A stretch of 64,000 bases of DNA from a candidate division WOR-3 bacterium (GCA_025060715.1 JANXBG010000004.1:4920-68919), one strand, 5' to 3'. Positions 40,054-50,444 are shown, counted from the first letter of the stretch. A program made the numbers and translations. The notes: generated by a model from the sequence alone, not told the origin.

Positions 40054-42653
40054 AAGAGCTCCCTTAATCTTCTTAATTTCTCTTCTATCTCCCTTTTTTT
40101 AGAAAGTTCACTTTCAATAATCTCTCTTCTTGCCTTTAATAAAAACTCCTCATTATTTAAATTCTCATTAATCTCATTATAAATCTTCTCCAATTCTTCA
40201 ATCTCCTTTTGAAATCTTTTTTTCTCTTTATCCAAATTAAAGAAATCCCCAACTTCCAAATAGAAATCGCCTTCTTTTAAAATAATTTTAGAAAATTCTC
40301 CTTTAATCTCCTTTCTAAAAGGTAAAATTTCTACATTAACCATTTTCTTTACAATTTCTTTTTCCTCTTCTAAAAAGTGGAAAAGTTTTTCATTATCGGT
40401 TTTTAAATATCCTTTCAATTCAATACCTTTAGAAATAGCAAAATTTGCCCTAATATTTCTAATATTTCTTATCAAACTAATCAACTCCTCACAAAGAAAA
40501 ATCTCCTGTACCTTCTCTTCAGGAATAGAAAAAGGTTCAGGCATCTTTTCTTCCATTATTGACTTTTCTTTTTTTTCAAATAAATGCCAAAGTTCCTCAG
40601 TAATAAAAGGCATTATAGGATGTAAAAGCTTTAAGAAGTTGTAAAACACCTCTAAACTTATCTCTAATGCCCTTTTATCTTTTTTTCTAAATCTTTCTTT
40701 ATTTAATTCCAAATACCAATCACAATAGTTATTCCAAAAGAAACTATAAAGGCTTTGTGCTAAAAGAGAAAAATAATAGTTTTTTAAATAGAAATCATAT
40801 TTTCTTAAAAGTTGGTTAAAAAGTTCTTTAATCCAAAAATCATAAACTTTTTCTTTTTTCTCCTCCACAAAACTATCTTTCTCTTGATAATAAGAAAATA
40901 AAAGTCTGCCAGCATTCCAGATTTTATTGGCAAAATTTCTGCCGATAATAAACTTATCCTTACTTAAACGAAAAGATTGGGATTGACTTTCTAAATAGGT
41001 TAAAGTAAATCTTAAAGCATCGGCACCAAATTCGTTAACAATTTCTTGCGGGTCGATACCAATCCCTTTTGTCCTTGACATTCTTTCACCTTTCTCATTT
41101 AAAACTGTCGAATGGATATAAACATATTTAAAAGGTATTTTATTAAGAAATTCTAAACTGGAAAAAACCATTCTTGCTACCCATAAAAAGATAATATCTG
41201 GGTCCGTAACCAAAACATCGGTTGGATAGAAGACTTCTAATTCCTTAGTATTTTTGGGATAACCCATTGTGGCAAAAGGCCAAAGGGCTGAGGAAAACCA
41301 GGTATCTAAAACATCCTCTTCTTCTTTAATATTCTTACTATTACATTTAAAACATTTTTCGGGCTTTTCCATTTCTACCATTATCTCTTCGCAATCTAAA
41401 CAATAATAAACAGGAATTTGATGCCCCCACCATAATTGTCTTGATAGACACCAATCTTTGATATTATATAACCAATCTAAATAAACTTTCGTCCATCTTT
41501 TGGGAACAAATTTAACTTCACCTTTCTCAACAACCTCAATTGCTCTCTTTGCCAATTCTGCCATTTTCAAAAACCATTGTTTAGAGATTAAAGGCTCAAT
41601 AATTGTTTCACAACGGGCACAAAGCCCAACCGGCACTTTATAATTCTCAACCTTTTCTAATAGACCTTTCTCTCTCAAATCTTTAACAATCAACTCCCTT
41701 GCCGCAAATCTATCTAAATTACAATATCTCTCCTTTGCTGGTGGAATTATCTTACCATCTTCATCAATAACTTTAACAAATTCCAAATTATATTTTTTAC
41801 CAATAATAAAATCATTTGGGTCATGGGAAGGAGTTACTTTTACTGCTCCGGTGCCAAATTCAATATCCACCATCTCATCAGCAATAACCTTTATCTCCCT
41901 CTCTTGTAATGGTAAAATCAAAGTTTTATTAATATAATTTTTATATCTTTCGTCAAAAGGGTTAACCGCTACTGCAGTATCACCAAGCATTGTTTCTGGT
42001 CTTGTTGTCGCAACAACAATATAATCTTTACTATCTTTTAAAGGATATCTTATATAATACAAAAAACCATCTATCTCTTTATGCTTTACTTCCAAATCCG
42101 AGAGTGCTGTCCGACATCTTGGACACCAGTTAATAATCCTATCATCCCGATAGATTAAACCTTTTTTATAATAATAGACAAAGGCATATCTTACAGTATA
42201 AGAATACTCCTCATCCATTGTGAAACGAAATCTTGACCAATCACATAAACAACCAAAGCCTTTCAATTGGGAAACAATCAAATAATGATACTTTTCTTTC
42301 CAAGCCCAAGCTTTTTTCAGAAACTCTTCTTTACCAATATCAAACCTTGTTTTTCCTTCTTTTTTTAACTCCCTTTCAATTTGGTAATGGGTAGCAATAC
42401 TGGCATGGTCAATACCGGGAAGCCAAAGAACCTCATAACCCGCCATTCTTTTATATCTTGATAAAATATCCTGAATAGTATTATTCAAAGCGTGGCCAAT
42501 ATGAAGCGCACCAGTAATATTAGGTGGCGGAATAACGATTGAGAATTTAGGCTTTTCTGAATCAGGATTTGCCTTATAATACTCTTTACTTTCCCAAAAA
42601 GAATACCACTTCTTCTCTATCTCCTTTGGCTCATAAACCTTCTTTATTTCCAT
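40050..42653 (-). CDS. valS: Valine--tRNA ligase.
   Basis: 867 aa with HIGH (PPPNITGALHIGH) and KMSKS-type motifs, a class I editing domain and a C-terminal coiled coil. Confidence 0.95.
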   Translation of the reverse strand: MEIKKVYEPKEIEKKWYSFWESKEYYKANPDSEKPKFSIVIPPPNITGALHIGHALNNTIQDILSRYKRMAGYEVLWLPGIDHASIATHYQIERELKKEGKTRFDIGKEEFLKKAWAWKEKYHYLIVSQLKGFGCLCDWSRFRFTMDEEYSYTVRYAFVYYYKKGLIYRDDRIINWCPRCRTALSDLEVKHKEIDGFLYYIRYPLKDSKDYIVVATTRPETMLGDTAVAVNPFDERYKNYINKTLILPLQEREIKVIADEMVDIEFGTGAVKVTPSHDPNDFIIGKKYNLEFVKVIDEDGKIIPPAKERYCNLDRFAARELIVKDLREKGLLEKVENYKVPVGLCARCETIIEPLISKQWFLKMAELAKRAIEVVEKGEVKFVPKRWTKVYLDWLYNIKDWCLSRQLWWGHQIPVYYCLDCEEIMVEMEKPEKCFKCNSKNIKEEEDVLDTWFSSALWPFATMGYPKNTKELEVFYPTDVLVTDPDIIFLWVARMVFSSLEFLNKIPFKYVYIHSTVLNEKGERMSRTKGIGIDPQEIVNEFGADALRFTLTYLESQSQSFRLSKDKFIIGRNFANKIWNAGRLLFSYYQEKDSFVEEKKEKVYDFWIKELFNQLLRKYDFYLKNYYFSLLAQSLYSFFWNNYCDWYLELNKERFRKKDKRALEISLEVFYNFLKLLHPIMPFITEELWHLFEKKEKSIMEEKMPEPFSIPEEKVQEIFLCEELISLIRNIRNIRANFAISKGIELKGYLKTDNEKLFHFLEEEKEIVKKMVNVEILPFRKEIKGEFSKIILKEGDFYLEVGDFFNLDKEKKRFQKEIEELEKIYNEINENLNNEEFLLKARREIIESELSKKREIEEKLRRLRELL

Positions 42654-43230
42654 AGAAAACTATTATATAAATTAAGCCATAAAAGTCAATATATAGAAAT
42701 AAAAATAATAAGACAAATAAGGACTTCTTGAAAAAATTTAATAAAAAAGTGGTGACCTTTGGGGCTCTTTTTACGTTATATATATATAAGGGATAATATG
42801 AGAAATTATAAAGAAATGGCTAATAATTATCTCCTCTCTTTTAGTTATAATTACCTAAAATTAACTTATAAATATTACTTAATAAAAGGATTATTAGGTA
42901 TTAATATTAAGAAAAAACTTAAAAAGGAGGTATTAAGGAGGTTGTATTTTCTTTTGTAGCAGGTAAATAAATAGCCCTTTTTATATTTCCTCTAAAACAT
43001 ACTTTAAATAGACAAGGGGATTTTTCTTTCAAATAAATAGGGGGCAGTATAGTATATAGTATAGTATCTAATTTTTATTATTAATAAAAGAGTAATAAAG
43101 AAAGGTATAATAATTAAAGATAACAATTTAGTAATGGATAATCTTTTAAGTTTTAATAGACTTAAATATTCTCATTTAAAAACCTATGGAAAGTTCAATT
43201 TATATAACTATTTAATTTAAAATTTAAATT

Positions 43231-44643
43231 TCAATACCTTACAATTTTTATATTTTTCATATAACCTAAATCATTACGAATAGAAAGAATAGCAATCTTT
43301 TCTTTTATATCTTTTAAGGAAAATTGATGAATGCCTTTTTCTAAATAGCCAGAGTATAATTCTTTCAATCTCCTTCCTTGCAAATCATAGATAGCCAAGG
43401 AATAATAAAAAGAATAGGGAAGAAAGAAATAAATTTTATCTTTGGTAATTATCTCTCTTTTCTTTTTTAAGTTATCTCTCTCTAAAATCTTTACTTGACC
43501 AGCAAGTTTCATTAAAAGAAAATCATAGGTATAGTTTATGTTATTTACCGCATAGCCACTAACGATTGGGTTACCAACACTATCAGTGGTTAAATCACAA
43601 CCAACATCATCCAAAGAAAAATCATAAATTTCTTGTCCTATTAAATTACCATTAGTATTATAACAAAGGATAATAAGGTCGTAGTCCTCTAAATTACCAC
43701 CATATCCACAAAGATAAATATTATTTTGCTGACCAACATCACCAAAGCGACCAGTAGTCACACCTATTGCTTGGTCATAATCGCTATAATCAAAAGTTCT
43801 TGACCAAAGAGGATTGCCATTCTCATCACATTTTAAAACAAGAAAATCTAAGTAATAATCACCACAACTACCAACGACGAAGATATTATTATGGAAGTCA
43901 ATATCAACACTAATCCCAAAATCAATAGGTGAAAAATCATAGGTTCTTTGCCAAATAGTATTACCATTAGGAGTTAATTTCCAAATAAGAAGGTCAAAAC
44001 TATTACCATCACCGGTAAAACCAACGGCAACAATATTACCGTCGTTATCTACTTTTACCCGATAACCAAAATCATAAAGATTATTATCTAAAATCCTTTC
44101 CCAAATTGTTTCACCGGTAGGCGAATATTTCTTGATAAAGAAGTCAAAATCACCATAATAATAAGTGCCTGATTGATAAGCATTGTTTGCTAAATCCACC
44201 GTAACACCAAGACCAATTTTATTCTCTTCTATCTTTCGCCATTCTTCAATACCTAAACTATCAAATTTGATAAGAAAGGAACGATACTCTTGGGCATAAA
44301 ATCTTTTATCTATTAAATCTTTTAATAGTAATTTTCTAAATTGATAGGTATAACCAGTAAGATAAAAATTGCCCTGATTATCAAAAGCAGCACTAATTGC
44401 CTCGTTATCTAAGGGTAAGCCAATAGGAATGACACGGAGTAGATTACCATTTTGATTATAAATAGTTGCTAATGGGTCATAATTGCTGTCTGCCAAGAAA
44501 GTGCCTACTTGAAGAATTTTATCAAGCCTTGCTGCAACACCATAGCCCAATTCATCAGTAAAAGTATCAAACCATCTTACCCAAATAGTATCAGCAAAAA
44601 TTATTGAGATAAAAAGAGTTAAAATAAAGATTTTTGCCCTCAT
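43231..44643 (-). CDS. Secreted beta-propeller-repeat protein with a T9SS-type C-terminal sorting domain.
   Basis: It has a signal peptide and repeated ..NGN/DNDGN.. blades. The C-terminus (..LAIYDLQGRRLKEL..GIHQFSL..) resembles the Por C-terminal domain (CTD). Confidence 0.5.
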   Translation of the reverse strand: MRAKIFILTLFISIIFADTIWVRWFDTFTDELGYGVAARLDKILQVGTFLADSNYDPLATIYNQNGNLLRVIPIGLPLDNEAISAAFDNQGNFYLTGYTYQFRKLLLKDLIDKRFYAQEYRSFLIKFDSLGIEEWRKIEENKIGLGVTVDLANNAYQSGTYYYGDFDFFIKKYSPTGETIWERILDNNLYDFGYRVKVDNDGNIVAVGFTGDGNSFDLLIWKLTPNGNTIWQRTYDFSPIDFGISVDIDFHNNIFVVGSCGDYYLDFLVLKCDENGNPLWSRTFDYSDYDQAIGVTTGRFGDVGQQNNIYLCGYGGNLEDYDLIILCYNTNGNLIGQEIYDFSLDDVGCDLTTDSVGNPIVSGYAVNNINYTYDFLLMKLAGQVKILERDNLKKKREIITKDKIYFFLPYSFYYSLAIYDLQGRRLKELYSGYLEKGIHQFSLKDIKEKIAILSIRNDLGYMKNIKIVRY

Positions 44644-44679
44644 AAAAAATATATAATTAAAATTAAATTAAAGTCAAGA

Positions 44680-46449
44680 TTATAATTTGATGATTTTGAA
44701 ATATTTCCTATTCTTTTTAATAAAATAGATTCCTTTTTTAATCCCTTCGTTTATTCTTTTACCAGTAATATCAAAAATCTCTTGTGCAATAATCTTTTCT
44801 TCATTAAAGAAGATTGATTGCTTATTTAAACTTTTCTTTTTCTCTTTTATTAAATTTTTAATTCTTTCCCACATCTCTTTTTTTATTAATATTAAAGAAT
44901 CATTATTATTTGACCAATCATTCCAATTTCTGGCAATTTTATTTATTAAATTTAAGTAAGAAGAATAATCAAGTTCTTTTAGAATTTTTAGATATTCATA
45001 ATCCTCTATTCCATCCCTAATTACCTTTAACCTGATGGAAGGTATTGGTTTATCAAGACCAAATTTTGAACCGTAATAAAGTAAATAACCATCCCCATTA
45101 TAAACTTTATTATCAATTATCACTGTTGGGTCGTCATAAACATCCCTTTGCCATTTATCTATTCCCCAATAAACCATTCCCTTAATATTAAAAAGGGAAA
45201 ATAGCCAAAAAGAAACTCTTTTCTCAATTAATGGATAATCTAAAAGCCATTTGGGTGTAAAAGAATCGGTAACGCCTGCTTGATATGCCCAGACTTCTTC
45301 ACCTTTATTTTCTCTCTCTTTAAAGAAATCTTTAAAATAATAATGAAGACTAAATTTTGGAACCCAAATATCAACTGAGGAACGACCGCTTCCATCATTT
45401 AATAACCTCTCATCAACCCTTTGAGAATAAAAATTGTTAAAAACTACTAAATTTTTTATTTTGGTAAATTTATGAAGATTATATGCCCATTCTCTTATAA
45501 AATCATAATGCTCAGGCTTAGGTTCATCAAAAGAATAGTCAATTATTTCGCTAAAACCTTTCTTCTCAAAATAATCAGAAAAAACTTCTAAATATCTTTG
45601 CCATTGAAAAAATAAAAGACCTTGTTGAGCAAATAGAGGAACTTCAATTAGCTTTAAATTTTTCCCTCTATAATATTCTAAATTATCTTCTAACCGACCG
45701 GTTGAATAAGTTATATTAAAATCAGCACTATAAATTGGTAAAGGGGGTTGCCTTTCATCATTATTTAAAATTTTACTTATTTCTATTCTTTTGGGCCTAA
45801 TATCCAGAGGGATTGCTGAAGGGGTTATCTTATGAGAAAGTGCTTCTTCATAATAAAGGCGAGTAATTAAATATCTATCACAATTTCTATGTTTCTCAAT
45901 TATTGGATTTATCCAAAAGACAAATAAAGTTTTAAAAGAAGGAATTAGATTTTCTTTTAAAATATTTAATTTTATAGGAATTGTGTAATCTAAATTTTGA
46001 GGAGAAATTTTTATTTTAACTTCACCCTCAATTATTTCCTTTTCTTCATCCTTAGGAATATAGACATCAAACCAAAAAATATTTATCCCCTTTTTTATCT
46101 CTTTACTTTTTTCAATTGGTATTAATGGGTCAGGAATCTTTTCGGTTCTTACCGGCTGACTTCTTCCTAAGGAATGGGAAGGGCGGATTATTGGAACAAA
46201 ATACTCATAATAAATTTTTAGATAGGGAGAAAGATTTTTAGTAAAATCAAATTCAATTACACAATCTTCATCATTTTTTATCCCAATCTGAAAAGCCTCA
46301 TGCTCATTTCTTAAGAAATATAATTCAATTGGTGAAATAGTAGACTTCTCAACCAATTTTTCATCAGTTAACCTTTCTAAACTATTTAAAGTAAAAACTT
46401 TAAATTCATTAAATAAAGATAAAAGAATAAAAAGAAAGAATGAGTTCAT
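44680..46449 (-). CDS. Secreted protein, possibly glycoside-hydrolase-like (DUF4091-like), with a T9SS-type C-terminal sorting domain.
   Basis: 589 aa with a signal peptide. The C-terminus (..EIFDITGKRINEGIKKGIYFIKK..) matches the T9SS CTD pattern. Confidence 0.45.
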   Translation of the reverse strand: MNSFFLFILLSLFNEFKVFTLNSLERLTDEKLVEKSTISPIELYFLRNEHEAFQIGIKNDEDCVIEFDFTKNLSPYLKIYYEYFVPIIRPSHSLGRSQPVRTEKIPDPLIPIEKSKEIKKGINIFWFDVYIPKDEEKEIIEGEVKIKISPQNLDYTIPIKLNILKENLIPSFKTLFVFWINPIIEKHRNCDRYLITRLYYEEALSHKITPSAIPLDIRPKRIEISKILNNDERQPPLPIYSADFNITYSTGRLEDNLEYYRGKNLKLIEVPLFAQQGLLFFQWQRYLEVFSDYFEKKGFSEIIDYSFDEPKPEHYDFIREWAYNLHKFTKIKNLVVFNNFYSQRVDERLLNDGSGRSSVDIWVPKFSLHYYFKDFFKERENKGEEVWAYQAGVTDSFTPKWLLDYPLIEKRVSFWLFSLFNIKGMVYWGIDKWQRDVYDDPTVIIDNKVYNGDGYLLYYGSKFGLDKPIPSIRLKVIRDGIEDYEYLKILKELDYSSYLNLINKIARNWNDWSNNNDSLILIKKEMWERIKNLIKEKKKSLNKQSIFFNEEKIIAQEIFDITGKRINEGIKKGIYFIKKNRKYFKIIKL

Positions 46450-46564
46450 AGCCCAGTCCTCAGCCCAGTAAAAACCTAAACTTAACTTACATTATATTAT
46501 AATAAAAATAATGAATTTGTCAATATATAGAGTTATATTTTCAATATTAAATAAGCTTCCTTAA

Positions 46565-47185
46565 TTATTCTTTTTCTAACTCCTTAAATAGTTTTTCTAA
46601 TAAATCAGAAATATTTACTATTTCTGCTTGGTTTAAAAGATATTTTCCATCTAAATTTTCTTTCTGAACCAGATTGTTTGCTCCAAAGAAGTTTTGATAA
46701 AATAGTATCTTCTGGTAAAGAAAAATAACAGGTTTTATTTTTTAATCTATAAGTAAATTCCTGCTCACTAATATATTCCTTTTTTCTTTATAATAAAAGC
46801 TATTTTAAAACCGGTTGCTAAATTAAATCTGTTAAACATTCCTTCGCTATTAATGACTTCTTTTACCATTTCAATATCGGTATAAAAATCTTTTTTTATT
46901 AAATAATAATATCAGCATCAAAATTTGTTGGAAGCATACCATATAAATATAAATTATTGGCAAAAGAACCAGTGATTATATTTTTCTAATTTTTAATCAC
47001 ATAAATTAAAATATCTTCTAATCCCGTTATTTCATTTTTTAAAGGATAAACCAATTTAAAAATTCTTTCTCCTATAGAATCTTTTTTACTGCTTACTTTA
47101 TCTCTTTTTCAATTGGGATTTTTATTTCTTATACCTTCTTCTAAAAGTTTTAAAGCAATTTTCAATGTGGATTTTTGTTTGTTTA
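46565..47185 (-). pseudogene. Degraded nucleotidyltransferase gene (MNT/KNTase-like), disrupted by in-frame TGA/TAG/TAA stops and frameshifts.
   Basis: Reverse-strand conceptual translation gives ..IFKLVYPLKNEITGLEDILIYVIKN*KNIITGSFANNLYLYGMLPTNFDADIII*.. , where GS..x(n)..DxD is the NTase motif. A C-terminal piece ..NLVQKENLDGKYLLNQAEIVNISDLLEKLFKELEKE* follows. No intact ORF over 60 aa exists across the 620 bp. Confidence 0.35.
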
Positions 47186-47191
47186 GTTAAA

Positions 47192-47452
47192 TTATAATTT
47201 CAATATCAAATAAGTGAGAAAAATAATAAAAAGGGCAGTAAAGGCAGTAATTGCTAATGAAAAGCCAAATGTTAATTCTAAAAAGCCAAGATTTAAAGTA
47301 AAATTGGGAATGCCAAATTTTATCGCCTCAAAAAAGAATTTCTTTACCTGCCCTTCGGGAAATAGACCGGAAAGATATAAAGAAAAGGCACTACCTAATA
47401 CTCCACCGATTAAAATAATAATAATCACAAAAGGAACGGTTTTCTTTCCCAT
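47192..47452 (-). CDS. Small membrane protein (86 aa, two TM helices).
   Basis: It has hydrophobic helices and is co-directional with, and immediately upstream of, the radical SAM gene. Confidence 0.35.
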   Translation of the reverse strand: MGKKTVPFVIIIILIGGVLGSAFSLYLSGLFPEGQVKKFFFEAIKFGIPNFTLNLGFLELTFGFSLAITAFTALFIIFLTYLILKL

Positions 47453-47462
47453 TTTACCTCCT

Positions 47463-48449
47463 TCACAAAATTATTTCAATTTCTCTTTTACATTTATTAC
47501 ATTTCTTATCTTCTAAACCGATAATTTTAACATAATAATAATTTCTTTCAATTAACAAATTATTACAATCAGGACAAAAAGTATCTTTTCCTAACTGAAA
47601 ACCAAAAACGTTTCCCAAATAAACATAATAAAGTTCTTTTTTGGCAATCTCGTATGCCTTTATTAAAGTTTCTATCGGTGTTGGCGGAAAAGAACATTTA
47701 TAATGAGGAAAATATCTTGAAAAATGTAAAGGAATACTTTTCTTTAAATTACTTAAAAATAAAACAAGTTCCTTTATCTCTTCTTCAGTATCATTCTTTG
47801 TTGGTATTAATAGATTAGTAATCTCAATATGACAAAAATCTTTGCTTATCTCAATTGTTCTTAATACTGTTTTTAAATCCCCTTTTATAAAATTTTTATA
47901 AAAATCCTCTTTAATTGATTTTAGATCAATATTCATTGCTGAAATATAGGGTAAAAGTTCTCTTAATGGTTCTTCATTAATCATTCCATTAGTGACTAAG
48001 ACATTTTTGATATTTTTCTCTTTGGCCAGTTTCATTGCGTCTAAAAGATATTCAAACCAAATAAGCGGTTCGGTATAAGTATAAGCAATAAATTGGCATC
48101 CTTCTCTTTCGACGATCTTTACCAAATCTTCCGGTGAAAGATAAATTCCTTTTACTCTATTTTGTGAAATTTCCCAATTTTGACAAAAAGGGCATAATAA
48201 ATTACAACCATAAGTAGCCACTGAAAAAATCTCTTTTCCAGGATAAAAATGGTATAGAGGTTTTTTCTCCATTGGATCCAAAGCATAGGAAACAACTTCA
48301 CCATAATTTAGGGCATAAAATTTTCCACTGATATTTTTTCTACCCAAACAACGACCATATTTATTTTCGCTAACAATACAATAATTGGGGCATAGTAGAC
48401 ATTCAATTTTATTATCTTCTAATTTTTTATAATATCTTGCTTCAACCAT
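47463..48449 (-). CDS. AmmeMemoRadiSam-system radical SAM enzyme (PflA-like activase family).
   Basis: It has the N-terminal CxxCPxxC auxiliary motif and the radical SAM triad CNLLCPFCQNWEISQ. The first 100 aa closely resemble TIGR04337-type sequences. Confidence 0.75.
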   Translation of the reverse strand: MVEARYYKKLEDNKIECLLCPNYCIVSENKYGRCLGRKNISGKFYALNYGEVVSYALDPMEKKPLYHFYPGKEIFSVATYGCNLLCPFCQNWEISQNRVKGIYLSPEDLVKIVEREGCQFIAYTYTEPLIWFEYLLDAMKLAKEKNIKNVLVTNGMINEEPLRELLPYISAMNIDLKSIKEDFYKNFIKGDLKTVLRTIEISKDFCHIEITNLLIPTKNDTEEEIKELVLFLSNLKKSIPLHFSRYFPHYKCSFPPTPIETLIKAYEIAKKELYYVYLGNVFGFQLGKDTFCPDCNNLLIERNYYYVKIIGLEDKKCNKCKREIEIIL

Positions 48450-49354
48450 TAATAGAAAATTACTTTATAATCTTTAAAATTCTCTAACACTTTATCTTTT
48501 AAAGAATCGGGAACAATTAACAAGGCTGTAGAAAGAGCATCACAAATAACTCCCTTTTTACCGATAACCGTTACCTGGCGATGTTTTTTAAAGGTCCTTT
48601 CCGCTTCACCGGTTATTGGATTTATTATATGGGAAAAAATGGTGTCACCAATTTTAAAATAATTATAATAATTTCCGGAAGTAGCACAGGCACCCTCTTT
48701 TAATTCAATAACTTCAATTATTTCATTCCGATTAGGGTCTTTAATCCCAATTCTTGCTTTATAATCACCAAAAACAATTATATCGCCCCCAGCATCGATT
48801 ATTCCCTTTTTAATATTTTTACTTTTTAAAAATAAAACAAGTTTATCAAGAATATATCCTACCGCAATACCGCTCAAATCAATCTTTGCTTTTTCTTTTA
48901 AAAAAATAGAATCCTTCTTTATCAAATAACTATTTTCACCAATAAATTTTTTTATTTCTTTTATCTCCTTTTCTTTCGGTCTTTTATAATTCTTGTCATA
49001 AAATCCCCAAAGTTCCATCAAAGGAGCAATAGTAATATCAAAATAACCAAAAGTTTTATCTTTTATCTCTTTTGATAAAGAAATTATCTCTTTTAATTCT
49101 TCGGAAATTCTACCAACTTTATTTTGATTAACAAAAAAAAGTTCACTTTTTTTATTAAAATAGGAAAAAAGGGAATCGTAATATTTAATTAAAATAAATA
49201 CTGAATCAAGATATTTTTTACCCTCTTCTATATTGTTAGTAAAAATTTTAATTCTAAAATAACTACCAAAAGCAATATCGCTTCTATCAATAGGGATTTC
49301 TCTTTGACAAAAGATAAAAAGCAGAAAAAGAAAGATTAGGCGATGGTGAGCCAT
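48449..49354 (-). CDS. apbE: FAD:protein FMN transferase (ApbE/Ftp family).
   Basis: 301 aa with a signal/lipoprotein N-terminus. It shows the ApbE pattern ..FGYFDITIAPL.. and a conserved C-terminal ..GIGIKDP.. region. Confidence 0.75.
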   Translation of the reverse strand: MAHHRLIFLFLLFIFCQREIPIDRSDIAFGSYFRIKIFTNNIEEGKKYLDSVFILIKYYDSLFSYFNKKSELFFVNQNKVGRISEELKEIISLSKEIKDKTFGYFDITIAPLMELWGFYDKNYKRPKEKEIKEIKKFIGENSYLIKKDSIFLKEKAKIDLSGIAVGYILDKLVLFLKSKNIKKGIIDAGGDIIVFGDYKARIGIKDPNRNEIIEVIELKEGACATSGNYYNYFKIGDTIFSHIINPITGEAERTFKKHRQVTVIGKKGVICDALSTALLIVPDSLKDKVLENFKDYKVIFY

Positions 49355-50145
49355 TCCAATTTTGCCCTATTCCATTCATAAATCGGATGTCCCAACTGGG
49401 AATAAAATTTTTTAATTTCTTCTTCGCTATAGCCAAATAAATCCTCTAAAATTGGACAGAGAACCGATAAGGCATTTTCTGATAAAACGGTTCTTTTTGA
49501 TATGTGTCCTAAATAGGGAGAAGGAGAAACAGCAATCGTAAATCCCCCATAAACATTTACGTGAAGCATTACATGAATATCGGAAGAACCATCTCCAATA
49601 TAAATTACGTTTTCCTTGGGAATTTGCTCTTTTTCAACTAAATAATCAACAATTGCTGCTTTTCCATGCCCGGCAGCCGTTTTTAAAATTTCTATTATCC
49701 TTCCCTCTTCATCATATTTAAATTCAGTACCCCAAATATGCTCTTCTTTCAAAATTTTACTTAATGATTTTTTAATAATCAAATCGGGACAAGCCGAAAT
49801 TACATAGCAAACAAATTCACAATTTTCTATCCCTTGTTCTAATGTTTTAAAAAGAATATCCACATCTGCTTTTAATCTTACTTTCTCACCAATTTTTAAT
49901 AAAAAATCTTTTGTAACCCGATTTTTGTACTCGGGGTCATAAGCCAAAAGATAAGCAAGTTCTCCACCTAATTGGGTAATATTCCGATTTCTTATTTCCT
50001 TTACCTTATTTAAAAATTTTTCAGGAGGAATCCCCAACTCCAAAGAGATTAAAACACCCGTATCATCAAAAGAAAGAGTTTGGTCAAAGTCGGTAGCGAA
50101 GAGAAACTTCTTTTTAATTTTTCTTTTTTCTATCTTTTTTTTCAC
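49336..50145 (-). CDS. HAD-superfamily hydrolase (SerB/HAD-IB-like).
   Basis: It has motif I DFDQTL (DxDxT) and motif IV IGDGSSD. It overlaps apbE by 19 nt. Confidence 0.6.
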   Translation of the reverse strand: MKKKIEKRKIKKKFLFATDFDQTLSFDDTGVLISLELGIPPEKFLNKVKEIRNRNITQLGGELAYLLAYDPEYKNRVTKDFLLKIGEKVRLKADVDILFKTLEQGIENCEFVCYVISACPDLIIKKSLSKILKEEHIWGTEFKYDEEGRIIEILKTAAGHGKAAIVDYLVEKEQIPKENVIYIGDGSSDIHVMLHVNVYGGFTIAVSPSPYLGHISKRTVLSENALSVLCPILEDLFGYSEEEIKKFYSQLGHPIYEWNRAKLEWLTIA

Positions 50146-50240
50146 AAATAATTTTAAATTAAAATATTGATTTTTTCAAGTTTATAGGTTATAATTTTTG
50201 TTATTTATTATAATTTATTTTTAATATAAAGGGAGGAAAA

Positions 50241-50432
50241 ATGAAGGTAAAGGTAGATAAAGAATTGTGTACAGGTTGCGAACTTTGCTGTAATACCTGT
50301 CCTGATATTTTTGAAATGGAAGGGGATACAGCTACAGTAAAAACGGAAATAGTGCCAGAAGCAGCTGAGGATTGTGTCCGACAGGCTGCTGAGGATTGTC
50401 CAGTAAGTGCTATAATTATTGAGGAGGAATAA
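50241..50432 (+). CDS. fdx: 4Fe-4S ferredoxin (small, single-cluster type).
   Basis: It has CTGCELCCNTCP...CP cluster ligands and a strong SD (AGGGAGG) 6 nt upstream. It is 63 aa. Confidence 0.8.
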   Translation: MKVKVDKELCTGCELCCNTCPDIFEMEGDTATVKTEIVPEAAEDCVRQAAEDCPVSAIIIEEE

Positions 50433-50444
50433 CAAATAAATTAA

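Noticed and set aside
42759-42959. 66-aa plus-strand ORF and the TATAGTATA-type short repeats in the valS to T9SS-cargo intergenic region (42654-43230).
   Set aside because: The ORF is Leu/Lys/Tyr low-complexity. The repeats are short simple AT repeats, not CRISPR-like (no regular spacers, no palindromic repeat units).
46540-47190. Possibility that in-frame TGA/TAG codons in the NTase remnant indicate an alternative genetic code (code 4/25).
   Set aside because: Confident genes here terminate on TGA (for example 24139-24141 and 58236-58238) and contain no internal TGA, so the standard code applies. The stops reflect pseudogenisation.
50208-50435. 75-aa minus-strand ORF antisense to the ferredoxin gene.
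   Set aside because: The plus-strand product has canonical [4Fe-4S] ligand spacing and a strong SD. The minus-strand ORF is low-complexity and mirrors it.
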